NCBI RefSeq assembly: GCF_001194135.2
Contig: NC_068995.1
Span: 49,968,852-50,032,851, forward strand
Source: Octopus bimaculoides
Lineage: Eukaryota
Direction of reading: 5' to 3'
DNA length: 64,000 bases
A model generated the notes under the pieces. That model worked only from the letters and a program-made list of their open reading frames with translations. It was not told the origin of the DNA and searched no databases. Positions 14,501 through 28,700 of this stretch are shown piece after piece (within the stretch, counting starts at the first letter, position 1; every line of letters begins with the position of its first letter). The position numbers and the translations under genes were made by a program.

Positions 14501-17500
14501 AGATTACCAAGTAGAGCTGGCTGCAGCTTAACTGCAATACAAACTGCAAGGCAGGTTAGGCTCAGCAAGAGACCATAACCGACAAATTGTCTGAAGATTC
14601 ACAGGTCTGCACACTAACAGAGCTAGTATATGCTGCCCAGGGATGCCCTCCAGTTTACCACCCCTGGGCCCCTACAAAAAATACATAAAGCCTACAGCAG
14701 ACCCAAAAGTGATGCCTTTATGGCAGTGCTCCAGCATGGCCACAGTCAAAAAGGAGTGAAACAAGTAAAAGAACAAAAAATAAGAAAATAAATAAATAAA
14801 TAGAAACTCGACAACAGACCAGACTCACCACTAGCCTTTATATTTCTGGGTTCTGTCTTTACATTCCCATTTTTCGGATCGTTTTCCTTAGAATCTGACT
14901 GGTCCTCTTTCAATGTTATTTTGTTTGCATTTGCAAGAAATCTTTGTTGCTTCTTTTCTTTCAGAGAAAACAGTCTTCTACGCCTGAATAAAAAAGAAAA
15001 AAAATAACTGATTATTCAGAGAAAGCTATAGGATTGGGGTAGATCAAACAGAATTATTTAATGTTTAAAATGGCAAAATTTTTTCAATGTGATATCATAG
15101 CTGTGTCCTTTGTATCTCAAGTGTATTATAGTATTAAATGAAAAAGGAGAAACTACAAAAACATTTCTATGTTCACAATAACAACAGCTGCTGCCATTTT
15201 AACGTCTACCAAAGTTTGCATGGATAAGATGAGACTTCATTAAAGCAGAATTTTCTACGGTTCAATGTTCTTCTTGTTACCAACCCTTACCCGTTTCCAA
15301 ACAAGGCAATATTTCCCCTGCCTATCAAACAACCACAACAGCAGCAGCAGCAGCACCACCACCACCACCACCATGTACATTGTTTTGTCTTGGTATAAAA
15401 AGATGGGCTACAGCAAATATTCTGCTTAATACCACAGATTTGCTTGTCAGTTGTTTGACCGTAACCAGTTGAGCATGTCCCTTGGTGGCTGACGATATGT
15501 GCATCTCTGATTATGAGCAGAAGTAGTGGGGGGAGCATCATAGCCATGTGTTGAGAGGAATTCTTTGGGGTTTGAATAATTCACCTTTGGAAACATGGGT
15601 GTTTTGCTCAACATCCTTAAATGAACCTTATTTAGGGACCTTTTGAGCGGGATGGGCTACTCGACCTGAAGAAAATTCCAACAGAATACTCACCAAAGAT
15701 CTGAAGCTTCGGCCTGTTTCTGTTCCATGAAATCTTGCACAGAGTAAGTGCCCATAATACGAAGACACAATCCTTTCAAAATCTGAAGTTTTTGAGCAGG
15801 TTCTAGATCATTTAATTCATGATTTTCCAACATATCTATCAATTCTTCATTCTAGAGAAGGACAAAAAAGAAAAAAAGAAAAGAGAAAGGTAAAATACAT
15901 TTGAAATAATCATTAATTTTTTTAATTAATTCTACAGCGATAGATAAAAAAAACTCTGACATGTTAACTAATAGCTTAGAGTAGGGGTCGCAAACTCATT
16001 TGGTTTTGTAGACCAGATTGAAAGAAAGACCACAAGGCTGGACAGGGACTATTACTATTCTTAAAAGCTCTTTCCATAATATAAACCAAAGTAAATGGAT
16101 AAAGGGAATTAATATACATGACAACAGTAAATACTATTATTATTATTATTATTCACAATAAAAGAATGAAGATGAAGTATTAGCAAAGAATGTGCATAGA
16201 CATAGCAAAAACTCAATTACATGATACAAATATACACATGATAAATACACACATACACACACACAGAGATGTACTAAAGATGTACTGACTTGACTAATCA
16301 GAACTAGAATTAAACAAGATGCTAGTTAGACTCCAATTCTGAACAGACTAGTGAATTTTCCATATGCACGGGACACAAATCCACATCTCTATATATTTGT
16401 GATAAGTATGTTACCATTTACACCAATGTATCTACTCACTTCTTCCCATCTATTTTAAGAACTATAATTCCAGAGTGTTGTTTTTTAAACTGACAAGTAT
16501 GTACGTTTTCTGCAATGATTTAAGAAGTGGTGATGGGTGACAATTCTGTGAAAATAATAACATTTTGTAATTTTGTTAGCTTAAAGCTTATAAGTGATCA
16601 CCATGCATTGACCAAAGGAAATGGTCTAATATTGGGGCATATAAACCCTCGATGGAAAAGCATGGGGTTTCCATATGCGTGATCACAAATACTAGTGAAT
16701 ATTTTAAAATCAAAATATAATAATAATAAATATTGGCCTGCAAGCTATATTTATGTCACACGTCTGGTTTATAGCATAAAATTGTTTTAAAAAATATATT
16801 TTATATTCTTACTTCATTGTAATTTNNNNNNNNNNNNNNNNNNNNNNNNNNNNNNNNNNNNNNNNNNNNNNNNNNNNNNNNNNNNNNNNNNNNNNNNNNN
16901 NNNNNNNNNNNNNNNNNNNNNNNNNNNNNNNNNNNNNNNNNNNNNNNNNNNNNNNNNNNNNNNNNNNNNNNNNNNNNNNNNNNNNNNNNNNNNNNNNNNN
17001 NNNNNNNNNNNNNNNNNNNNNNNNNNNNNNNNNNNNNNNNNNNNNNNNNNNNNNNNNNNNNNNNNNNNNNNNNNNNNNCATCATCATCATCGTTTAACGT
17101 CCGCTTTCCATGCTAGCATGGGTTGGACGATTTGACTGAGGACTGGTGAAACCAGATGGCTACATCAGGCTCCAGTCTGATTTGGCAGAGTTTCTACAGC
17201 TGGATGCCCTTCCTAATGCCAACCACTCCGAGAGTGTAGTGGGTGCTTTTACGTGTCACCCGCACGAAGGCCAGTCAGGCGGTACTGGCAACGGCCATGC
17301 TCAAAATGGTGTATTTTATGTGCCACCCGCACAAGAGCCAGTCCAGGGGCACTGGCAACGATCTCGCTCGAAAATCCTACGAAGGCCAGTCAGGCGGTAC
17401 TGGCATGACAAAGAAATCTACCAAAACAAACAAATGAAACTGAACTTACTAATTCTAACTCTTCTTCTACTCCACTCGTTGAGCTGTCATCACTCTGTGC

Positions 17501-20500
17501 TTCATCAGCGACATCTGTATCGATTTTCCTCAGCGCAAGACGGACAAGTTCGGTGGCAGTATAGTGATTCACAGGGATATCAGAAAGTGAGGTTTTCAAT
17601 TCAGCATAATCCTACAAAACAAAAATTGATAAATTAAAGGGTTTATCCAGTGGCCGAGATAACAATGAAACAAACCATTCTTAATAAAATAAGACCCACA
17701 GCCAAACATGTAACCCACAAAACAGAAATCATCGTCATCATCATTTAACATCCATCCACTTTTCCATATTTGCATGGGTTGGACAGAAATAGGGACACAT
17801 TTTCTAAGGCAATGCCTTTCCTGTTACTAACCCTCATCTGTTTCCAAGTGAGGTAATATTTCCCCATGGCCAAGCAGGTTTTCATGGAAGTTTGACAACG
17901 AAGATCAGAACTTGTATGCCAATGAAGCTCTTTTACAATAATCATGCAATGTCAAGACACAGAAACACCAACTCACACACATACATATCATCATCGTCGT
18001 TTAACGTCCACTTTCCATGCTAGCATGGGTTGGACGATTTGACTGAGGACTGGTGAAACCGGATGGCAACACCAGGCTCCAATCTGATTTGGCAGAGTTT
18101 CTACAGCTGGATGCCCTTCCTAACGCCAACCACTCCGAGAGTGTAGTGGGTGCTTTTACGTGTCACCCACACGAAGGCCAGTCAGGCGGTACTGGCAATA
18201 AACAGAATAATGTGAATGCTAAAGGGTTAACACAAATTTCCTTTATGCAGTTTACAAATAGATTTCAAAATAATACAGTGTCTTGTAAGATTCCAAATTA
18301 AAGAGTTATTATTTGTAATAAAAGCCCATCAATCCCATAAATTAGTAAAATTAATTCCAAAAATTAAAAAAACAAAACAATCGTGATAACCACAAGGGTG
18401 AGATATTGTTTAAGTCAATATTTACCTCAGATATTTCATCTTGCAATAATGTCTGCAGCAATATAACAAGTATTTCCGCAATATATGAAGAACCTTTCTC
18501 CTTATCAACGAGAGCTTTCATTAATGTATCTGCAAAAAGTAAAGGAAAACATTTGTTCTTTTTAGAAAATACAAAAGAAAATTCTGGAAAGCAATCTGGC
18601 AATTATTCTACAGCTGCATATCCTTCCTAATGCCAACCACTCCCAGAGTATAATGGGTACTTTTTATGTGGCACAGGCACAAGAGCCAGCTGGGTAGCCC
18701 TAGCATCAGCCACGTTCAGATGGTGCTTTTTATGTGCCACCAGCATGGGAGCCAGTTAGGTGGACTTGGCATCGACCACGTTCAGATGGTGCTTTTTATA
18801 TGTCACCAGCACAGGAGCCAGTCAGAGGGTCCTGGCATCGACATTATGTAATATCGAGACACAGGTACACATTCATATACAACGAGCTTCTCTGAGTTTC
18901 TATCTACCAAATTCACTCACATGGTTTTGGTTGGTCTGGTGCTATAGGAGAAGACACTAGCCCAAGGTGCAGTGCAGCAGAACTAAACCTGGAACTATGT
19001 GGTTGGTAAGCAAACTTCTTACCACACAACCGCGTCTGCACTTTCCATATACCTGGATGATAGATTTCTTAGAAACAAGATAACAAATAGCTCTCCAACA
19101 TACCTGTATAATAGACTTTTTCTCCTTGTGGCATTAATAAACCAGCAAAACAGTTAATGAATTCTGTAACCATAGCAACATCACCAAATGCTTCTATCGG
19201 TAAAACCTTTGGATGTGAAATCAATTTTGGAACCGGAAGAGACTTTTGATCCAGATCTTGATCTTCGTAACGCTGAAAATATATCCATAAAACAGACGCA
19301 TTAATAACTGGTTTTAATTTAGACACAAAACCACATCTGTGTATGTATATGTGTGTGTATGGGGGGGGGGGGAGATAAAGTTGATTAAATCAAGTTCTAG
19401 CATGTAGCTAGCAAATTTATTTTATTGACCTCAGATGGTGAAAAGAGTAAAGGCATTCTTATGGAGATTTGGACTCCAAACTGTAACGAGAAATATTGTT
19501 GGTTTCAAATTTTGGCAAAAGGCCAGCAAGTCCAGGGGGAAGGTCTTAGTCGATTACCTCGACCCCAGTGCTCAATCTGTACTTATGAAGACAACCTGGG
19601 TAGAATTTCTTTCAACTATAGGCACAAGGTCTGACATTTTGAGAAGAGAGCTAATCGATTACTTCAACTCCCATTCTCAACTGACCTTGATGGAACCTGA
19701 GCTCAGAATATAAAGACAGATGAAATGCTATGAAGCATTTTATCAGATTTGGTAATGATTCTGCGAGCTTGCCACTGGAATAATAATGGTTTCTAATTTA
19801 GGCATAAGGCCAATAATTTTGAATACAATCAAAACCTGGTTAGAGATTTAGCTCACGAGAGGCTTACCTCTAACATACCCTCAAGTACAACACAAAGAAA
19901 AATAAGGTTCTTACCCTTGAAAGTTCTCGTTTCTTCTTCCTGATTGCTTCCTGTCTTGCTCTTCGATCTTCAGCTTGTTTTTTCTTGGATTCTTCTCTTT
20001 TCTTTTGTAGATATTCCTCACGTTGTTCTGCAGTCATTGCCTTCCTAAAAATTCAGTTTAAACATTCAGTTTGCATAAAGATATTTCATTAAATATTCTT
20101 ATAATAATGTCACCCAAAGTTTAAACCTTGTGTAGCGATTAGCTAAGTTTCCACATTATTTCCTGTACTAGATAGAGTAAGACAGATCTACAAAAGGGAT
20201 TCCTTTTATTCTTTTATATATTTACTATTTGACAAGAACTCCTTGCCTTTTTGTCCATCAGGCATAAAACACCTCAAGCCCTGAGCCGATTACCCAGTGC
20301 TCAGTCTCCTTCAATAGACTAACATTTACTCAGCAACCATTTTCTCAGCCAACTCACAATTAGTTTTTGAGGCTCGAACCTTTTATATATTTACTAGTTA
20401 GCCTGTGTGTGTGTGTGTGTGTGTTTGTGTGTAAGGGAAAAGACAATGCTCATCATCTTTGCCACAATTGAACAATTTAAAGACTGGAAGATCAATTTGA

Positions 20501-23500
20501 AGACTGTTAAACAACCTGTGGGTCACCAGCAAATGTTAAGCATGCAAAAGACCCAACTATTCTGTCTATCAATGGAAAATAAATAAATAAACTTACAGCT
20601 TTTTCCTTTCCTCATGACTTTGGAAAGCTTTCAGGACAATGTCTTTCACATCGGGAGGCAATTTTTCTCTCTGTTGAGCTGATAAATGTATAACAACTTT
20701 TTCTAGAATTTTCTTATATTCATTTCTGTTACTATCTTTAGTCTTCATAGCTGCCATTAATCTAAGGGGAGAAAGAATTAATAAAAGTTTAATTATTAAA
20801 GTGTTAAAAACTTATTTTCTAATTATTAATTCATCTAACACAACTTTGTACTATTTCCAAGTGTGATAAAGGTTTCTATCAGATAAAGTTTAATTCTCAA
20901 CAGCACAATATTAAATCAAAGAATTGTTGATTCAAAATGAAACAAATGTAGCCTAAAATTCTAAACAATTCCAAACAATAATTTTCATCACAAACAGTAA
21001 CCATTTCACTGAAACGGACTTTGATGGCAGTATACTGGTCAACATCAGACTCAACTTCGTCCAAGGCATTTTTCCAATGTCAATTTTGATCAGAAGACAT
21101 AATTACAAAAATTTTTAAACTACTACTAGTGATTATTGCAATAGTTAAATAAGCAAAGTTTATTCAGGAAATATTTTCTACATAATGTTATAACTAATGC
21201 AAAAACATGGAAAAAGAATCAGCAATGCCTTTCCTAAAAGCGTTAAAAACACAACTGATTCTGCGAATCAAAAACCAGAATTAAGTAGCTGCTTTTAATA
21301 TATTCACGAGAAAGAAAAAAAGGCTTTGAGGTTAATTTGTTGCACTAATAGTGCCAATCAGGAGTTAAAAATCTCACAAGAGTTACTATAGAGAAGGTAC
21401 ATAACTCTGCATGATTAGTGTTTCTGTATGATTAGTGGAAAACAGATTTCATGGTTAAAAGCAGGAAAGGAATCATGATTTTAAAATAATTTCTTCAACA
21501 ATATGTATTTGTTATAAGTCATAAAATTATCCCTTCATACTGGCATAGAAGAAAAAAAATTGTACAAATCTGTTGTTGGCACTCCGTCGCTTACGACGTC
21601 GAGGGTTCCAGTTGATCCGATCAACGGAACAGCCTGCTCGTGAAATTAACGTGCAAGTGGCTGAGCATTCCACAGACACATGTACCCTTAACGTAGTCCT
21701 CGGGGATATTCAGCGTGACACAGAGTGTGACAAGGCTGACCCTTTGAATTACAGGCACAACAGAAACAGGAAGTAAGAGTGAGAGAAAGTTGTGGTGAAA
21801 GAGTACAGCAGGGTTCGCCACCATCCCCTGCCGGAGACTCATGGAGCTTTAGGTGTTTTCGCTCAATAAACACTCACAATGCCCGGTCTGGGAATCGAAA
21901 CCATGATCCTATGACTGTGAGAATCTACAAACGGAAGGAAACTATACAAATTCCTGCTACTTACTTTCGTACAAGAGGAGGTGGTTTTTGAGGTGAAGAT
22001 GTGGTGGAGGGTTTCTTTTTCTCAGGTGTCTTTGGTCCTTTCTTGGTCGACATTTCCAGCAATGTCATTTGTTTCATACTCTGCGAGAGACAATAAATAA
22101 CAACAGTGAGTGACAAGACACAATGGCAGTGGGGTTTAGAAACGGAACTATTTGACCAACAACCAGATAATGACGCACCACAACAACAAATTTAACAGAC
22201 CAGTTTTGGGTTTAGTTTAGAGATTTAACATTTCAAGCCAGTATTTGATTACCCCAGTGTCCCCTGCTTGTAGCAATAAATCCCATAGCATTTTCAGAAT
22301 ACTTTTAATAACAAAGAAAACCCAAAACTTGCCCTCAGGTCTTCCGAACCACTGATTCAATACAGCTTACCCTACAAGGGGACGAGCATCACAGAATATA
22401 TATCAACAGAATTATCAAGAACACAATTATGAATCATCTGTGAGAGTGAAATGGTGGTATCTCCAAAGAGATAAATAGTGGAAATGAGGAGTCCAGGTGG
22501 CACTTCAAGGTAGAAGGTGAGAAGTGGGGGTGGGTGGGGGTGCACGAGTGTGTGGGGAGGGATAGGGAAAATGGGAGAGAAAGATCTGCATGTGTGTATA
22601 TATGTGTGTGGGAGGAGAGGTATGTATGTGTCTTTGTGCTAATCCCCCAACACTGCTTGACAACTGATGGTTTGATTACATCCCTGTATCTTAGTGGTTT
22701 GGCAAAAGAGACTAATAGAATAAGTACCAGACTTGAAAAAAAAAATTTTTTAATTTAAAAAATAACTGGAGTCTGTTTGACAAAACACTTCAAGGCAGTG
22801 CCCCAGCATGACCACAGTCCAATGAACGAGAGTGAAACAAATAAACTAAACTATACAAAACACGAAACAATTCAAGCTTACCTTGTTCTTTTTCGGAGTT
22901 TCTTTATCCTTAGATTTATTACTACTACTACTACTACTACTTTTCTTTTTATCCTTCTCACCGGAGACTTTCTTCTTTTTGTCAGACTCTTTCGAAGACT
23001 TCTTCTTTTCAGAGCTCTTCGATGACGATTTCTTAGCACTCCCTTTGCCCTGGTCTTTCTGTACAGTCTTAGGCTTTTTAGGGGTGCTTTGCCGGCTGTC
23101 AGTTTTTTTGCTCTTTGTGGGCGTACGCTGCATTTTTAACGTACTTAGGGGGACATCATCATCGTCTTTGCTCAACGGAAGCTTTTTTTTTAATTTTCCA
23201 AGAGTACAATCTTCGCTAGTATCTGAATCTTCATCAGAAGAATCCACATCATTCACTAATTTGCTTTTTTTGCTTGGACTGCCGCTGTTGCTGTTCTTCG
23301 ATATAGAGGGTTTCCTTTTAGTGGTACAGCTGCTGTTGCTACTGCTACTACTAGTATTCAATTTACCCTGCTTTGCTTTCTTCTTCGAACTGCTTTCCGA
23401 TTCATCCTTCTTTTTCTTGGAGGTTTTCGCAGGTTTGGATTTATCAAGTTTAGATTTTTTGGCATTTGAAGAATTCTGAGATTTACTACTGGACAGTTTT

Positions 23501-23700
23501 CGTTTCTTTGCACATTCATCTAAGGAATGATCTTGTATCTGAAGAAATAAAATTAAAGCTAAAGACGTCACAATCTTGATTATCATGAAATTAAATTATA
23601 ATTAATTTACGTATGTGAGAGAGAAAGAGACAGAAACAGATAGAGAATGTGTGTCTGTGTGTCAAAGCAAGTGCATACACAACAGAGAAAGAATGTGCAT

Positions 23701-23731
<31 letters not shown>

Positions 23732-25684
23732 ATAGAAAGAAGCAGAAATAAGACAGAATGTGTATGTGCTCAAGTGTAAGTAAGTATATGCCTTTTTGTA
23801 ATGGCTGAATATATGAGACATAGGTTCAAATCTATAGCAGGAATTTTGTTTCTGCTTAATTCTTTTGATACCTTGTGGCACCAGCTCAGGTGTCTATACG
23901 CAGTGCTGGCACAGGTGTTACAAGGTGCCGGCATGGATGCTTTTTGTGCAGCGCCTACGTAGCTGCTTTTACCGTGGCACTGGCACATATGCTCCTATGT
24001 GATGCCACCACAGGTGCTTTTTATGCGGTGCTTTCTATATAGCACGGACACGGGTGCACTGACAGTTGTTAGAATGCGAACCTAACTACATTAAGGTTTA
24101 TGTTGTGTTCCTTTATGTCCCCAACGCGAATGGCTTGATAAACAGAGATCAATAAAATAATAGCAAACTTAATAAGTATAGGGTTTGTTTATAATCAACT
24201 GAAACTTCAAAGGAAAAAAAAAAAAGACAGCAAATTGAAAGACAAAATAATCTTACCTTCATTGGAGATAAGAAAACATCTGCAAGTTTATTCTGTATGC
24301 TATGTTTTTTAATCATGATATCATCAACAACCCAAGGACTGGAAGACGTTACACCAGCACGTAAAGCATGTGTTCTGATGAACAAACGAAGAAGTTCTTT
24401 CGGAGGTGGCCGGTCAACACGACTGAAAATTTTGTTGTTAAAAAATAAATAAAATGTAATATTCTTAAAGAACGGACCTTCAGAAAATTTCTTACATGCA
24501 ATCTTTACCACAATTAATAAAATAAAATTATTATCATTATTATTATTATTAAGGTGGCAAACTGTCAGAAGCATTAGCACACCAGACAAAATGTTAAGTG
24601 GTATTACTTCTGTGTTTACATTCTGAGGAGTCATTTGCTGGGAGTCAATAAATGAAACAAGCAACATTGAGCACTGGGGTTGATGTAATCAACTTCCCTT
24701 GTAGCTCAAAATTAGAAAAAATTATTATTATGACTGTGTTGCGTAAAATAGCACTAAGTTCACTCTGTTGAATGGTTGGTGTTAAGAAGGGCATCCAGCT
24801 GTAAAAATCCTGCCAAAACAGTCACAGAAGTCTGGTGCAGGCTTCTGCCTGGCCGGCTCCTGTCAAACCGTTCTCCCCATGCCAGCACGGAAGGTAGACA
24901 TTAAACAATGATGAGGAAGATGATGATGATGATTAAGGAATAGGGCAGGTAGAATCACTAGCATGGTTGGCAAAATGCCCAGCAGCATTTTTTCCGGCTC
25001 TTTATCTTCCCAGTTCAAATCCCACCTTAGCATTTCATCTTTTCAGGGTCAATAAAACAAGTATCAATCAAGTAATGGGGATCATTGTAATTATGTCCCA
25101 CCCAACTGTAACTGCTGACCTTGTACCAAAATTTGACACAAATGTTGCTGTTGTTATTGTTGTGATCAACCTATGAATGCCATTTAGTTCTTTAAGGTAC
25201 AAGATTTTAGGATCAAAAATTTTTCACATAGCACATTAATTTCATTTTTAAAAATGAACTGTATATTGAAGTAAAATGTCCCAAAACATAATTTTAATTA
25301 GATTGAGATAATTATATAACATCCCACAGTACATCTTGAAGTTATGAATATTTATTAAATCTGGGAGGAATAAAAAATAGGAGGACATTATGTTAAATGC
25401 AAGTCCTTTAATTATTATGAACTTGGAATTAAAAATGCTCCACCATGCAGAAACCAATGCATTTCATAGGTGCACACTTACACATATGCATAAATACATA
25501 CACAGACACACAGACACATATTACATGTGCACACAGAGTATGTTTTAAAATGCACTTACGTTAAATCAGCAGCTGGTACACAGTTAATAATTTTTTCTTC
25601 TTCATTTAGTTTTATGCTGTATTTATACGGTAATAACTGCAGATACAAAAGAAAAATATAACAATATTATTTAACAACTTCCAC

Positions 25685-25745
<61 letters not shown>

Positions 25746-28700
25746 CAATCAGAGATAGAGACAGTGTGTGTGGTAAATCCCTCAGGAGTCAATAAAATAA
25801 AGTACTAAACTACTACCTCTCAAAAATTGCTTGTCTGGTGCCTAAACCAGGGACAATTATTCTCATTACTATCAACAATTATTTCTATTTAATCACAATG
25901 ACAAAAGTTGAAGGGAAACCATAGAAGACCTACTTTGGGAGGCACCCACTTCTTTTGCCCAGTATCTTTATTAGAACTGTTTTCATCTGTATTTTCTTTA
26001 TCACTTGATGGAGAACTGCAATTACTTGTAGGATTGGCCTGAAATGGATAGAAACACACATATATTTATATATGTAGACAGCTTTAAGTGTTTTGTGGAC
26101 ATATTTCTAATGACACAAACATTTGATGGTAATTAATATTGGAAATAATCAAGAATTGAAATATAGTAAAATAACTTTTGTATTAATCAATCTGAATAAA
26201 ATATAATTGCATTCATAGCTTGAACAAAATAAGGGACTGAAATATTTTAATATGTTGATATTTAAAAAGAAAAAAAAATTTTTATGTTAGAAAAAAATTT
26301 TTTAATTTAAAAAAAAAATTACAGAAAAAAGACGTAAAGAAAATGGTCTCTAACCTCAATACCACATGTATCGATTCTAACAACTTTGGCTTTCACCCTG
26401 AAAATAAAAGGAAAAATATTATATGGAAATAATTTATAAACATCATGTTAATGTTTCTGATATAAGTTTCAAAATTTTGCCAATCATCTGAGCCTGTTAT
26501 TATTTCTTTTGGGAGGTATAAAATCTTGAGATCTGACCTCACAGCATATTATTACAACTGAAACCCTCCACCAAAAGCACTTTCATCCGGCACGCATTGT
26601 CCAATGTGTGAAAAAAAAACCATGGCTAAAGGTGATGGAAGAAGATATTGGGCAAAGGATTTCAGTAGGAAACACAAAGGATAGGATGAAATATCGAATA
26701 CTCCTATAGGGTGTAACCTTCCTCTTTGCTACAGAAATTACCTTAAAAAGCTTGTATTTTATCCTACCTCAACTCTTACTAGGCTTAAGAAAAAAAGGTG
26801 AGTAGTGGGATCGATTCATTTGACTAAAACTCTTCAAGGTGGTGCCCCAGCATGGTCACAGTCTAATGATTGTAACAAGTAAAAGATAAAAGACAAAATC
26901 TAAAATGATACTCACACTTTACCAGAAGTCTTGACTTTCAGAGAAACACATTCATTGATTGAAAGAACTTGTTGTAGCTTGAGCCAAGCTTGGTCAACCA
27001 ATGTGTCCAAAGAGAGAATACCTGATCAGAGAAAAAGAAATTGGTTACAACAATAGAAGCAAAAGATTTTAGCTCTTTAGCATGCATTTAAACTGGCTAT
27101 ATCCAGCCCAAATAGTCCATCCATTTTACATTCAAACTGGCTAGATCTGGTTTCTCATATCTACTTTACAATGTCATTCTAAATATAAACAATCACATCA
27201 TTGAAATCTCGAAGCCATGAGATATAGCATGATTAATTTAAACCAGTGGTTCCCAAACATTTTTGGGCTGCCGCCCCCTTGACATCCAGACCACATTCCT
27301 AGCATGACCACCCCCAACTAACCATCACAAACATAGACCTCTTTCTGAAGCAAATTCAAACCAACTGTATTTCACGAGTAAAACTTAACCTAACGAACCC
27401 ATTATTTTGTTGCTTTTACATGTATTGCTACTCCATTATCACCCCACCTTTCTTCAATGCCCCTCGGAACTTTCTACTGCCCCCAGGAGAGCAATCCTGC
27501 CCACTTTGGGAACCACCGAGTTAAACCAATGTGAATAAATAAGTATTATATTTGACAAAGTAATCTGAGAGTTAAAAATGTTAAAATATTGATAAAAATA
27601 TAGTCAGCACTTTAAGTACCTAAAACAGAAGCAAGTATGTGCAGTGAAATTGCTTTGGTGACCAGGTCGCATTAGTATTATGAAACTCTTAATATTATAT
27701 TGTACTATTAAGAAATAAAAAGTGAATGTAACAGGTTTTGTGTGCTCTTTCATAGTTAAAATTTTTTTACTTTCAACATTCATTCTTAGATCAAATCACT
27801 TGCCAAACAAGTATGACTGATGAATGTATATATGTATTATTGTAAATTTCGTGTAGACTGGGACAAAATTTTTCAGCCGACTGCTCATTCAATTTGGTTA
27901 TGTAAGCCATCAGATAAAAAAACTTAAAAACCAACATGAAACCAACAATAAATTTCACACTATTGAATACTCCCATTCAAGGACCCACAGCTTTCTTAAA
28001 GATCCACAGCTTTCTTAACCTTTAAGCATTCACACTAAACACTTCAAGGAAGTGCTCCAGCATGGCTGCAGTCTAATGACTAAAACAAGATACACACGCA
28101 GCCATAGAAACCATGCCACAACAGACAACTGGAGTCTGAAGAGCTACCCAACTGGCCAGCTCCGTGTCAAACTGCCCAACCCATACCAGCTTGGAAAACA
28201 AGACGTTAAATGATGATGATATACAGATACAATTGATAGTCACACACACATACACAGCTAACGAACACACACATATATGTATGTACATACAAGTGATACA
28301 CAGTCACTCACTAATTAGCTGAACAAAATTCAGTGAAAACGAGGTAAAATTTTCATCAATATACAAAATCATTAAACAGACTCATTCGAAATCAATGGAA
28401 AACAAAAGACAAAAATCAAGCAGCAGTTGTGATTGTTAATAATAGAGACATTATTTCCAACAATAGAATATGACAGAGCTGTCTCCAACATCTTATCCCT
28501 CTTCCCATATACTTCTACAACTTCAGCCGACAAAGGAGTCTCTATATGGTGCCGCTTAACCAGCTAGAAATAGCAGCCAAATTCCTTCAAACCAAACCCT
28601 ACTTCCTAAAAAGAGGAAGAAGATGTTGGACAATGTTGTTCCCAGATATACAAAGAGAAAGGAGGATGATCACTGTTGAAGTAGTTTATTTATCATAGGT

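Noticed and set aside
17146-18301. Recurrent + strand ORFs [23 protein letters not shown] (also at 41885 and 42811-)
   Set aside because: They are read-through of the family A retroposon, not a gene family.
18640-18845. Regularly spaced repeats superficially CRISPR-like
   Set aside because: Whole-unit tandem repeats of a eukaryotic SINE; no unique spacers and no cas genes.
22883-23479. 198-aa hydrophobic + strand ORF
   Set aside because: Antisense shadow of the Lys/Ser-rich BAZ1B exon 8.
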